Sequence record: NC_054913.1
Strand: one strand, 5' to 3'
Length of the DNA: 64,000 nucleotides
Source: Escherichia phage F2
The translations under genes and the position numbers were made by a program. The notes under the pieces are model-generated. The model did not search any database, was not told where the DNA came from, and saw nothing but the letters and a program-made list of their open reading frames with translations. Shown one piece after another: positions 21,514 through 32,635 of the stretch (position 1 is its first letter; every line of letters starts with the position of its first letter).

Positions 21514-22374
21514 ATGAAACAATATCAAGATTTAATTAAAAATATCCTTGAAAACGGCTATGAAACAGACGACCGTACAGGCACAGGAACAATTGCCCTG
21601 TTCGGAACTAAATTACGTTGGGACCTGACTAAAGGATTCCCTGCAGTAACAACTAAGAAATTAGCATGGAAAGCTTGTATTGCCGAACTACTGTGGTTCA
21701 TGTCCGGTTCTACTAATGTTAACGAATTACGTCTTCGTACCCATGGTAGTCTAATTGAAGGTAAAACTATTTGGGACGATAATTACGAAAATCAGGCAAA
21801 AGACCTTGGGTACCATAGCGGTGAACTTGGTCCTATATATGGTAAACAATGGCGTGATTTCGGCGGTGTAGACCAATTAGTTGAAACAATCGACCGTATT
21901 AAAAAATTACCAACTGATCGTCGTCAAATTGTTTCTGCCTGGAATCCAGCTGAAATAAATCAAATGGCACTTCCTCCTTGCCATATGTTCTACCAGTTCA
22001 ATGTGCGTAATGGTCATCTTGATTTACAATGGTATCAACGCAGTGTAGATGTTTTCTTGGGCCTGCCGTTCAACATTGCCTCGTACGCTGCCTTGACGCA
22101 TATTGTAGCGAAGATGTGTAACCTTATCCCAGGTGATTTAGTGTTCTCAGGCGGCAACACGCATATCTACAGCAATCATGTAGAACAATGCAAAGAAGTT
22201 TTACGACGTGAGCCTAAAGAACTGTGTGAATTAGTTATTAACGGATTACCATACAAATTTAGACATCTATCAACCGAAGAACAAATCGAATATGTATTAA
22301 AACTTCGTCCTAAAGACTTTATTCTTAAAAATTACGAATCACATCCAGCTATCAAAGCTAAAATGGCGGTATAA
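21514..22374 (+). CDS. td: thymidylate synthase (intronless)
   Basis: 286 aa contiguous ORF; conserved LPPCH active site and full-length TS. Confidence 0.95.
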   Translation: MKQYQDLIKNILENGYETDDRTGTGTIALFGTKLRWDLTKGFPAVTTKKLAWKACIAELLWFMSGSTNVNELRLRTHGSLIEGKTIWDDNYENQAKDLGYHSGELGPIYGKQWRDFGGVDQLVETIDRIKKLPTDRRQIVSAWNPAEINQMALPPCHMFYQFNVRNGHLDLQWYQRSVDVFLGLPFNIASYAALTHIVAKMCNLIPGDLVFSGGNTHIYSNHVEQCKEVLRREPKELCELVINGLPYKFRHLSTEEQIEYVLKLRPKDFILKNYESHPAIKAKMAV

Positions 22375-22375
22375 A

Positions 22376-22630
22376 ATGATTTTACGTTTTATTAATTCAT
22401 ACGGCACCACAATTTTTGAAATGAAAAATCCTACCGAACTAGATATCCCTTCACCAAATAGTGAAATCACAGTTAAAGGTGAACGATTCGTTTGTTATTC
22501 ACATGAACGAATTTATGAATATCGTGAATTTTGTGGTGGTTACGGTATGGAAAAAGAACCAGTGGTTTATTTCGATATCACGGTCTTGACTCCTAAAGAA
22601 TACAAAGAAATTATTGCTAAGAATAATTAA
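22376..22630 (+). CDS. hypothetical protein
   Basis: 84-aa ORF, ATG overlaps td stop (TAAAATG). Confidence 0.4.
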   Translation: MILRFINSYGTTIFEMKNPTELDIPSPNSEITVKGERFVCYSHERIYEYREFCGGYGMEKEPVVYFDITVLTPKEYKEIIAKNN

Positions 22631-22717
22631 CGCTTCAGTTTAAAAGTGTATAATAAATTAACGGGATAAATACTATCCCGTTTGGAGTAATGTCTATCAA
22701 CCTATACTGAGGAATAT

Positions 22718-24142
22718 ATGCAAGTAACTAAGAGCAGTGGGGTATCCCAAAATTTTGATGCACAGAAAATTATTCAAGTCTTAACTTGGCAATGTGAAGG
22801 AACACAAATTGACCCATATGAATTGTACGAAGAAATTAAGACCCATCTTGTTGACGGGATGAGCACCAAAGATATCCAGAAGATTTGTATTAAAGTTGCA
22901 GCTAACTCGATTTCTGTCGAAGAACCTGATTATCAGTATGTCGCCGCCAAAGGGCTAATGTTTGCACTTCGTAAAGATGTGTATGGGCAGTTTGAACCGC
23001 CTGCTTTTATCGACCATATTTCTTACTGTGTTAATGAAGGCAAATATGACCCTGAGCTGTTGTCTCAATATTCAGCAGAAGAAATCATTTATCTCGATTC
23101 ACAGATTAAACATGAACGAGACTTTGACCTGACTTATGCTGGTGCTATGCAGCTTAAAGAAAAATATCTAGTTAAAGATAAAACAACTGGAAAGATTTAT
23201 GAAACTCCTCAGTTTGCTATCATGGCTATTGGTATGGCCTTACACCAAGACGAAACCCATGACCGTTTGAAACATATTATTCGTTTTTATGATGCCGTTT
23301 CTACTCATCAAGTTTCATTGCCAACCCCAATTATGGCGGGTGCTCGTACTCCAACTCGCCAGTTCTCTAGTTGTGTAGTTATTGAAGCAGGTGATTCGTT
23401 AAAATCTATTAACAAAACTTCAGCATCAATTATTGAATATATTTCTAAACGAGCTGGTATCGGTATCAACGTTGGTATGCTTCGTGCAGAAGGTTCTAAG
23501 ATCGGTATGGGCGAAGTTCGACATACGGGTGTTATTCCGTTCTGGAAACATTTCCAAACTGCAGTAAAATCTTGTTCTCAAGGTGGTATTCGTGGTGGTG
23601 CTGCTACAGCGTATTATCCGATGTGGCACTTAGAAGTAGAGAACCTATTAGTTCTGAAAAATAACAAAGGCGTGGATGAAAACCGTATTCGACATATGGA
23701 CTACGGAATTCAGATTAATGACCTTATGATGGAACGCCTTGGTAAAAATGATTATATTACTTTATTTAGCCCTCACGAAATGTCAGGCGAACTATACTAC
23801 TCATTCTTTGAAGATCAAGATAAATTCCGTGAGCTTTATGAGAAAGCTGAAAAAGACCCGACAATCAGAAAGAAAAGAATCAAAGCACTAGAACTCTTTG
23901 AATTGTTCATGACTGAACGTTCTGGTACTGCTCGAATTTATCCTCAGTTCGTTGATAACACTAACAACTTCACACCATTTATTCGTGAAAAAGCTCCAAT
24001 TCGTCAGAGTAACTTATGTTGTGAAATCGCTATTCCAACTAATGATGTGAATAGTCAACAAACCCGTTTAATTAAAATTAAGAAGTCGGATGTAGCTAAG
24101 TTTTATGAAGCTAATCCTGGCGGTATAATTCAAAGCAAATAA
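22718..24142 (+). CDS. nrdA: ribonucleotide reductase alpha subunit, N-terminal fragment (NrdA-a)
   Basis: 474 aa; class Ia NrdA similarity up to and including the NLCCEI active-site motif, then about 26 non-conserved residues and a stop. Confidence 0.9.
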   Translation: MQVTKSSGVSQNFDAQKIIQVLTWQCEGTQIDPYELYEEIKTHLVDGMSTKDIQKICIKVAANSISVEEPDYQYVAAKGLMFALRKDVYGQFEPPAFIDHISYCVNEGKYDPELLSQYSAEEIIYLDSQIKHERDFDLTYAGAMQLKEKYLVKDKTTGKIYETPQFAIMAIGMALHQDETHDRLKHIIRFYDAVSTHQVSLPTPIMAGARTPTRQFSSCVVIEAGDSLKSINKTSASIIEYISKRAGIGINVGMLRAEGSKIGMGEVRHTGVIPFWKHFQTAVKSCSQGGIRGGAATAYYPMWHLEVENLLVLKNNKGVDENRIRHMDYGIQINDLMMERLGKNDYITLFSPHEMSGELYYSFFEDQDKFRELYEKAEKDPTIRKKRIKALELFELFMTERSGTARIYPQFVDNTNNFTPFIREKAPIRQSNLCCEIAIPTNDVNSQQTRLIKIKKSDVAKFYEANPGGIIQSK

Positions 24143-24898
24143 AGTACACAGACCGTTAATAAATAATCCATAACAAGAGGAAAAGTTATGGATTATTCTA
24201 AAATTTACAATAACCTTATTTCTAAAGCTAAGAACAGAAAATTAGATTGCTATACCGAATCACATCATATTATACCTCTGTGTATTGGTGGTTCTGATAC
24301 AAAGGAAAACCTGGTAGATTTGACACCAGAAGAGCATTACATAGCTCATCAATTATTAGTAAAGATATATCCAGATAATCATAAATTGATATTTGCCGCT
24401 AATATGATGTGTGTTTATTCTGAAGATAATATTGAACGAAAGAACACCAATAAACGACATGGGTGGCTTAGAAGAAAATTGGCTATTTCTGTATCTGAAA
24501 ATAATAAAGGCAAACCGGCCTGGAACAAAGGTATTCCTATGTCTCCAGAAGTTAAATCTCGACTTCAAACAACTTGGGTATTTACTTTCCCGGACGGTCA
24601 TGAAGAAATCCATAAAGGCCTAAGAGAATTTTGCGAACTACATTCACTCAATGCTTCGGCAATGTCGGCCGTATGCAAAGGCAAAAGGTCTCAACATAAA
24701 GGCTTTAAGTGTCGAAAGCTTGATAATATCTCTGAAAACGATAATCAAGAATACGTCAGTAAACCTCATCCAAAGGGATTAAAACCTCATAACTTAATTG
24801 CTGTAAAAATAAACGGTATAGAATATCAATCAATACATCGAGCATCTAAAGCTTTAGGAATTACTAGAAAAAAGGTAGAAGAATTAAATGAATATTGA
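24143..24898 (+). mobile_element. free-standing HNH homing endonuclease cassette inserted within nrdA
   Basis: HNH ORF with own RBS between the two nrdA fragments. Confidence 0.75.
24188..24898 (+). CDS. HNH homing endonuclease (MobE-like)
   Basis: 236 aa; HHIIPLCIGGSDTKENLVDLTPEEHYIAH HNH motif; RBS AAGAGGAAAA. Confidence 0.8.
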   Translation: MDYSKIYNNLISKAKNRKLDCYTESHHIIPLCIGGSDTKENLVDLTPEEHYIAHQLLVKIYPDNHKLIFAANMMCVYSEDNIERKNTNKRHGWLRRKLAISVSENNKGKPAWNKGIPMSPEVKSRLQTTWVFTFPDGHEEIHKGLREFCELHSLNASAMSAVCKGKRSQHKGFKCRKLDNISENDNQEYVSKPHPKGLKPHNLIAVKINGIEYQSIHRASKALGITRKKVEELNEY

Positions 24899-25877
24899 TT
24901 ATGAATTTGTAGATGAATTTTACGAAGATGATGAGTATACAACAATACAAGTTATTGAAAACAGGGGAGAAGTGGGGCTTTGTACCCTTAGCGCATTTGT
25001 GTTAGATAACTTCGATTGGCAAGACCAAGATAAAATTAATGAACTTGCTGAAGTACAAGTACGTGCACTTGATAACCTGTTAGACTATCAAGATTATCCG
25101 GTTCCAGAAGCTTTAAAAGCTAAAAAGCGTCGTAATCTGGGTGTTGGTGTTACGAACTATGCAGCTTGGTTAGCAAGCAACTTTGCTTCTTATGAAGACG
25201 CAAACGATTTAACTCATGAACTGTTTGAGAGATTACAATATGGGCTTATCCGAGCATCAATCAAGTTGGCCGAAGAAAAAGGACCTTGCGAGTATTATTC
25301 AGACACTAAATGGTCTCGAGGCGAATTACCTATCGACTGGTACAATAAAAAGATTGACCAAATCGCAGCTCCAAACTACGTTTGTGACTGGGAAGAACTT
25401 CGAGCTGAACTCAAAGAACATGGAATTCGTAACTCAACGTTGTCTGCACTCATGCCTTGTGAGTCAAGCAGTCAAGTATCGAACTCTACAAATGGGATTG
25501 AGCCCCCACGTGGTCCAGTAAGTATTAAAGAATCTAAAGAAGGCAACTTCCGTCAGGTTGTTCCTAATATCGAACATAACGTGGGTCTTTATGACTACGC
25601 GTGGAAACTTGCTAAGAAAGGTAATAAACCTTATTTGACCCAAGTTGCTATCATGTTGAAATGGGTGTGCCAATCTGCTTCTGCTAATACTTACTATGAC
25701 CCTGCGGTATTTGAGAAAGGTAAAGTGCCAATGTCGGTAATGCTTGACGATCTGCTTTACTTCTGGTACTTTGGTGGAAAAAACCTCTACTATCATAACA
25801 CTCGTGATGGGTCAGGTACAGATGACTATGAATTAGAAACACCTAAAGCTGAAGATTGTTCTGCTTGTAAGCTTTAA
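24888..25877 (+). CDS. nrdA: ribonucleotide reductase alpha subunit, C-terminal fragment (NrdA-b)
   Basis: 329 aa; contains GLCTLSAF motif, NSTLSALMP...SNSTNGIEPP and the C-terminal CxxC tail. Confidence 0.9.
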   Translation: MNIDYEFVDEFYEDDEYTTIQVIENRGEVGLCTLSAFVLDNFDWQDQDKINELAEVQVRALDNLLDYQDYPVPEALKAKKRRNLGVGVTNYAAWLASNFASYEDANDLTHELFERLQYGLIRASIKLAEEKGPCEYYSDTKWSRGELPIDWYNKKIDQIAAPNYVCDWEELRAELKEHGIRNSTLSALMPCESSSQVSNSTNGIEPPRGPVSIKESKEGNFRQVVPNIEHNVGLYDYAWKLAKKGNKPYLTQVAIMLKWVCQSASANTYYDPAVFEKGKVPMSVMLDDLLYFWYFGGKNLYYHNTRDGSGTDDYELETPKAEDCSACKL

Positions 25878-25930
25878 GACTTTTGATTATAATTTACTCA
25901 TGGATGAGTTAAACTAAGTGAGAAAATATA

Positions 25931-27070
25931 ATGAGTACAGTTTTTAACACACGACAAGTCGATGTTTTGAATGAACCGATGTTCTTTGGTTCTGGTCTTG
26001 GTATTGCGCGTTATGATATTCAACGCCATAAAGTTTTTGAAGATTTGACCGAAAAGCAATTATCGTTTTTTTGGCGCCCAGAAGAGGTAAACTTGATGTT
26101 GGACTCTGCGCAGTTCAATAAGCTTCCTCAGTTCCAACAGGACATCTTTACAAACAATCTTAAGTATCAATCATTATTAGATTCTATCCAAGGCAGGGCC
26201 CCATCTGCGGTACTTATGGCACTGATTTCCGACCCTTCATTAGATACGTGGGTTGCAACATGGACATTCAGTGAAACTATTCACTCTCGTTCGTATACTC
26301 ATATTATGCGAAATCTTTATACGGATCCATCTAAGGTATTTGATGAAATTGTATTAGACGAAGCAATCATGAAACGAGCTGGATCAATAGGTAAATATTA
26401 CGATGATGTTCTAGTCAAGACTCGCCTTTACCGGAATGCTTTAGAAGAATATCACGAGTTTAGCGAAGGCGTAAAACAGGCTAAATACGAACTAATGCGT
26501 TCTCTTTACCTCTGTCTGCACGTAATCAACGCTCTGGAAGCTATTCGTTTTTACGTATCATTTGCATGTACTTTCAACTTCCATAAAAATATGGAAATTA
26601 TGGAAGGTAATGCAAAGATTATGAAGTTCATTGCTCGTGACGAACAACTCCACCTCAAGGGTACTCAGTACATTATCCGTCAACTTCAATCTGGTACTGA
26701 TGGTGATGAGTGGGTTCAAATTGCTAAAGAATGTGAACAAGAAGCAGTTGACATTTTTATGGAAGTAAATAGACAAGAGAAGGAATGGGCTGCACACCTC
26801 TTTAAAGACGGTACATGCCCAGGTATCAATACGCAGAGTATGTGTGCTTTTGTTGATTACTTGACTGTGTCTCGTATGAAACAGTGTGGTTTGCCATGCC
26901 CAATCACTGATGCTCCGACCAAGCATCCGTATCCTTGGATTCGTGAATATCTGAACTCTGATTTAGTTCAAGCAGCTCCTCAGGAAGTTGAAATCAGTTC
27001 TTATCTTGTCGCACAAATTGATAATGATGTAGACCAAAATGTAATCAATTCATACAAAAAATATTTCTAA
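25931..27070 (+). CDS. nrdB: ribonucleotide reductase beta subunit (intronless)
   Basis: 379 aa contiguous; diiron-tyrosyl radical R2 similarity. Confidence 0.95.
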   Translation: MSTVFNTRQVDVLNEPMFFGSGLGIARYDIQRHKVFEDLTEKQLSFFWRPEEVNLMLDSAQFNKLPQFQQDIFTNNLKYQSLLDSIQGRAPSAVLMALISDPSLDTWVATWTFSETIHSRSYTHIMRNLYTDPSKVFDEIVLDEAIMKRAGSIGKYYDDVLVKTRLYRNALEEYHEFSEGVKQAKYELMRSLYLCLHVINALEAIRFYVSFACTFNFHKNMEIMEGNAKIMKFIARDEQLHLKGTQYIIRQLQSGTDGDEWVQIAKECEQEAVDIFMEVNRQEKEWAAHLFKDGTCPGINTQSMCAFVDYLTVSRMKQCGLPCPITDAPTKHPYPWIREYLNSDLVQAAPQEVEISSYLVAQIDNDVDQNVINSYKKYF

Positions 27071-27072
27071 GG

Positions 27073-27098
27073 ACGGGACTTCGGTCCCACTTTATTAT
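27073..27098 (+). terminator. terminator after nrdB
   Basis: GGGAC-TTCG-GTCCC hairpin followed by ACTTTATTAT. Confidence 0.5.
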
Positions 27099-27507
27099 GA
27101 AAGATATTGCCGCCGAATATTCCTTTATTAAATATACAGAATTGGAGCTATTAGAAGATGCAACAATTAAAACAGTTGATGTCCCTAATAAGAAAAATGT
27201 CATATACGCTATTGCTATAGATGACGAACTTGTGTATATTGGTAAAACCAAGAATTTAAAGAAACGCATTAACTATTATCGAACAGCCATAAATCGAAAA
27301 GACCAGACTTCAGATTCAAGAAAATCACTTATGATTTTGGATGCCTTAATGCAAGGCAAAAAGGTTGAATTCTGGGCCCGCCAATGTTTTGACCTTTCAG
27401 TCACCAACGAACTTGGTTCAATGACCATCGCAACAATGGACCTTGAAGAACCGCTTTTTATCAAAAAGTTCAACCCGCCTTGGAATATCCAACATAAGAA
27501 AAAGTAG
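27097..27507 (+). CDS. denA: endonuclease II (GIY-YIG)
   Basis: 136 aa, same length as T4 DenA; YAIAI.DELVYIGKTKNL.KRINYYRTAINRKD motif. Confidence 0.9.
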   Translation: MKDIAAEYSFIKYTELELLEDATIKTVDVPNKKNVIYAIAIDDELVYIGKTKNLKKRINYYRTAINRKDQTSDSRKSLMILDALMQGKKVEFWARQCFDLSVTNELGSMTIATMDLEEPLFIKKFNPPWNIQHKKK

Positions 27508-27536
27508 TTTACATGCCACAAGGATTGTGGTACAAT
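27507..27536 (+). promoter_or_regulatory. early promoter
   Basis: GTTTAC at 27507-27512, TGGTACAAT -10 region. Confidence 0.5.
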
Positions 27537-27552
27537 TTAAAAAACTAACTGA

Positions 27553-28686
<1,134 letters not shown>

Positions 28687-28688
28687 TG

Positions 28689-28718
28689 GTTTACAAACAC
28701 CAAGGAAGGTGTTACTAT
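28689..28718 (+). promoter_or_regulatory. early promoter
   Basis: GTTTAC at 28689-28694, TACTAT at 28713-28718. Confidence 0.5.
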
Positions 28719-28748
28719 GGCTTTTATCAATAACACGAGGAGAAAATT

Positions 28749-29249
28749 ATGAATATGCAATTGATTACTAACGATATGGTTGTGGCAGCATTTGGTGATT
28801 CTACAGATGGAATCCGAGTCTTTAAGAAAGGACGTCCAGTTGGTTATCTTACTGACCTACGTGTTACTCTAGCGAAAAATGCTAAAAAGAAGTTAAAGCA
28901 AAAGGAATATTCAACACGTTACACCGAAGAGAAACGCGAAGCGATGCCGGAAGCAGTTAATGCCATGGTAGAATTTCTTCAAAACAATTTGTCTAAATAT
29001 GACGCTAACGTATTCATTAATATTAGTCAACCAAACGTACATATCTCAGGTATAAAATTCTACATTATTTGCGACCCTCTTACCGACAAATTCAACCGTC
29101 TCGGAATCTCAAGTCCGTATCATACAGCAGAAGAGTTGTGTGTATTGTTTGAATCGTACAAAATCCAGTGCGATGGTCCGAAAACCGTTCTTATCAATGG
29201 ATTATCCCGAGATGAAATCATTGAGATTATTAAAACATGCTTAAAGTAA
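28749..29249 (+). CDS. alc: probable Alc (transcription termination on unmodified DNA)
   Basis: 166 aa (T4 Alc ~167); position between rnlA and pseT; assignment by synteny and size only. Confidence 0.5.
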   Translation: MNMQLITNDMVVAAFGDSTDGIRVFKKGRPVGYLTDLRVTLAKNAKKKLKQKEYSTRYTEEKREAMPEAVNAMVEFLQNNLSKYDANVFINISQPNVHISGIKFYIICDPLTDKFNRLGISSPYHTAEELCVLFESYKIQCDGPKTVLINGLSRDEIIEIIKTCLK

Positions 29250-29593
29250 ATCCGATTTATGCTATAGTAGCAGCTTTTGCTCTAGTTTCTACGGTAACAA
29301 TAGTTGTCTTAAACAACAAAGTTGATTCGTTGAATACTGAATTAGCTTCTGTCAAAGAGACCGCTAAAAACAATGCTAAAGTATTAGACGACTTCAAGGT
29401 TCAATATCAGTCAATCGAAGAAATGACTTATAAGAACCGTGTTTTAGTTGACCAACTTAAGGCCGAAAATGAAAAGCTCCGTAAGGATTCGAAGAAGAAG
29501 AACGTGGTGGCAAGTAAACCAGGATTGGTCGAAAAACAAATCAACAAGTCCTTCGATTCCTTTGCAGAAGACCTCAGGAAGCTCTCAGAATGA
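29237..29593 (+). CDS. membrane-anchored protein (pseT.3-like)
   Basis: 118 aa; N-terminal TM segment IYAIVAAFALVSTVTIVVL then coiled-coil-like region. Confidence 0.5.
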   Translation: MLKVNPIYAIVAAFALVSTVTIVVLNNKVDSLNTELASVKETAKNNAKVLDDFKVQYQSIEEMTYKNRVLVDQLKAENEKLRKDSKKKNVVASKPGLVEKQINKSFDSFAEDLRKLSE

Positions 29594-29880
29594 TTAAATT
29601 AACCGCAGTTGTATTATCTATTGGCATTTTGGCCGGATGTGCCCAGGATGTGCCCTTAAGCCCTAAAGAAACTTTACATCCGCCATGGCCTGAATCTATT
29701 GTTGAATATAACCAGAAATGGCAAGTAAAGGTTATTGATGGTAATCCGTGGGTTGGAATGCCGTTTGAAGACTCTCAAGAATTTCGTATCTGGTTAAACG
29801 ATGTAAAAAGATATGTACATGACCAGAAGACTATGTTATGTTATTATCGTAGTGGTTTAAAAGAGGAAAAATGCCAATGA
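29590..29880 (+). CDS. putative lipoprotein (pseT.2-like)
   Basis: 96 aa; signal peptide with lipobox LAGC. Confidence 0.5.
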   Translation: MIKLTAVVLSIGILAGCAQDVPLSPKETLHPPWPESIVEYNQKWQVKVIDGNPWVGMPFEDSQEFRIWLNDVKRYVHDQKTMLCYYRSGLKEEKCQ

Positions 29881-30095
29881 CTAAAGAACAACATGAATAC
29901 ATTAAAGGGCTTATCTATGAATCTGAAATGGCGGCTATGATTTATGGGCGCCAGATTCAACGATTAGAATCTTTGCCTCCGACTAATGACCGATTGTTAG
30001 TTCAGTCTCGTGCTAATCTGAAAAATGAATATCAGAATAAGTGGGCAGTAGCGACTAAAGCTCTTCACGAGTATATTGAATCTTTAGTAAAATAG
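29871..30095 (+). CDS. hypothetical protein
   Basis: 74-aa ORF, translationally coupled. Confidence 0.4.
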   Translation: MPMTKEQHEYIKGLIYESEMAAMIYGRQIQRLESLPPTNDRLLVQSRANLKNEYQNKWAVATKALHEYIESLVK

Positions 30096-30124
30096 TTTAC
30101 AAACTCTCAGGAGCAGAGTATAAT
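30095..30124 (+). promoter_or_regulatory. early promoter with inverted repeat flanking the -10
   Basis: GTTTAC at 30095-30100, TATAAT at 30119-30124 inside AGGAGCA...TGCTCCT. Confidence 0.55.
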
Positions 30125-30152
30125 GCTCCTATGGATAATTGAGGAAATCTAA

Positions 30153-30451
30153 ATGAAAACATTACTAGAGAATTACATCAAACGGTCTGATGAGTATATT
30201 GATATCTGTCGTGGAATGTCACTCGGCAATTATGACAAAGATGCAGCAAAGGCACTAGATGAAGCAGGTAAAGCTCTTCGTAAAGCTGCTAAAGAAAAAG
30301 GGTTGGATTTGCAACAACTCAAAAGTCATATGATTAAATTTATTTCTTCAAACGTTAGAAGTACGTCAATTAATAAAAACGTTGCTGAAATTAATAAAGA
30401 CCGGCGCGAGCATAACATTCGTATTCTTGAAATTTTCTTAGGAATAAAATA

Positions 30452-30452
<1 letters not shown>
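30153..30452 (+). CDS. hypothetical protein
   Basis: 99-aa ORF with RBS GAGGAAA. Confidence 0.45.
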
Positions 30453-31538
<1,086 letters not shown>

Positions 31539-31539
<1 letters not shown>

Positions 31540-31730
31540 TGAAACGATTATATGAAGTGATTGAGGCCATCGAACAGCATAAAGAATATTTGTTTGTAGT
31601 ATGGCCTTTAGTAAATGGACGGTTCGGTATTGATGTGCTGGACTATGAACATGAAGAATGGTTGGACGGCGGTATATTTGATAACGTCGACCAGGCAATT
31701 GAATGGTTAAATGAAAACTATGTACGATAA
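31539..31730 (+). CDS. hypothetical protein
   Basis: 63-aa ORF coupled to pseT. Confidence 0.4.
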
Positions 31731-31935
31731 ACATCATGAAATCGAAGATGAAGCATACAAAATGCTTCGTAAACTAGTGGGACTTAATATGAGTCCTACA
31801 TTAATCAACAAACTCGCAGGAATTCGTAATGATCTGAATACTCGTTACAAAGGTGAATATCATGTAGAGTTTGTTCCTGTAGGTGAACCGACCGAGCGAT
31901 TTGTTGTTCGAGTTAAAGTAAATACTGTACACTGA
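31711..31935 (+). CDS. hypothetical protein
   Basis: 74-aa ORF. Confidence 0.4.
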   Translation: MKTMYDKHHEIEDEAYKMLRKLVGLNMSPTLINKLAGIRNDLNTRYKGEYHVEFVPVGEPTERFVVRVKVNTVH

Positions 31936-31942
31936 GGTAATT

Positions 31943-32218
31943 ATGTTCCCAACTTATTCTGAAATTGTAAAGGTAGTCTTCAGTCAGATTATTGCTAATA
32001 ATATGTTTGAAGTGCTTGATAATGCAGCCGAACTCAGAGTTCATGCTCAACTAACTCATGTACTCAATGCTTTGCTCCCAGACCAAGTAGATTCTATTGC
32101 TATTACTCTTCTCCCTGGGTCTGCACACGTCATAGTGGTATTTGATCTTGACGGCGATTTAGTTATCCAATGTGATATCAATTTCGGTACACAAAAAATT
32201 GAATGCAAAGCAATTTAA
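31943..32218 (+). CDS. hypothetical protein
   Basis: 91-aa ORF with RBS GAGG. Confidence 0.4.
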   Translation: MFPTYSEIVKVVFSQIIANNMFEVLDNAAELRVHAQLTHVLNALLPDQVDSIAITLLPGSAHVIVVFDLDGDLVIQCDINFGTQKIECKAI

Positions 32219-32220
32219 TG

Positions 32221-32250
32221 GTTTACAACATGGTGGAGTTGTGATACTAT
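32221..32250 (+). promoter_or_regulatory. early promoter
   Basis: GTTTAC at 32221-32226, TACTAT at 32245-32250. Confidence 0.55.
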
Positions 32251-32278
32251 AACTCTACCAACAAATGAGGAAATAGAA

Positions 32279-32515
32279 ATGCTAAGTGAAAACCCAATTA
32301 CAGTACACGAATTTCAGATTAAAGTAAAAGAATTTGCTCAAGCACTCATCAATAAAGTGTCTGAACGTTTCCAAGATGCAACATTACGAGTTATTCAAGA
32401 ATCTCCACGTTCTTTTCTCATAATCGTTAATCCTAAAGATGGTGACCAAATTACTAATCTTAAATTAGGCAGTGATGGTCTTGTTGAAGCAACTCGAGTA
32501 TATGGAACACTATAA
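32279..32515 (+). CDS. hypothetical protein
   Basis: 78-aa ORF with RBS GAGGAAA. Confidence 0.45.
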   Translation: MLSENPITVHEFQIKVKEFAQALINKVSERFQDATLRVIQESPRSFLIIVNPKDGDQITNLKLGSDGLVEATRVYGTL

Positions 32516-32635
32516 TGAGAGCTATCTCATTACTATCGTGAATGGTCATAAATCTGAGAACTACCAACTTAGCCTGTCTAATCCGGTTAAAGGTATTGTT
32601 GAATCAGAATCTGTTTATATCTCCTAAGGATTGTT

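Noticed and set aside
22718-25877. nrdA as a disrupted pseudogene
   Set aside because: Both fragments retain start and stop signals and all conserved catalytic motifs (NLCCEI, LCTLSAF, C-terminal CxxC), consistent with a functional split enzyme.
21514-27070. Group I introns in td and nrdB as in T4
   Set aside because: Both genes are single uninterrupted ORFs of full length; no intron-sized gap is present.
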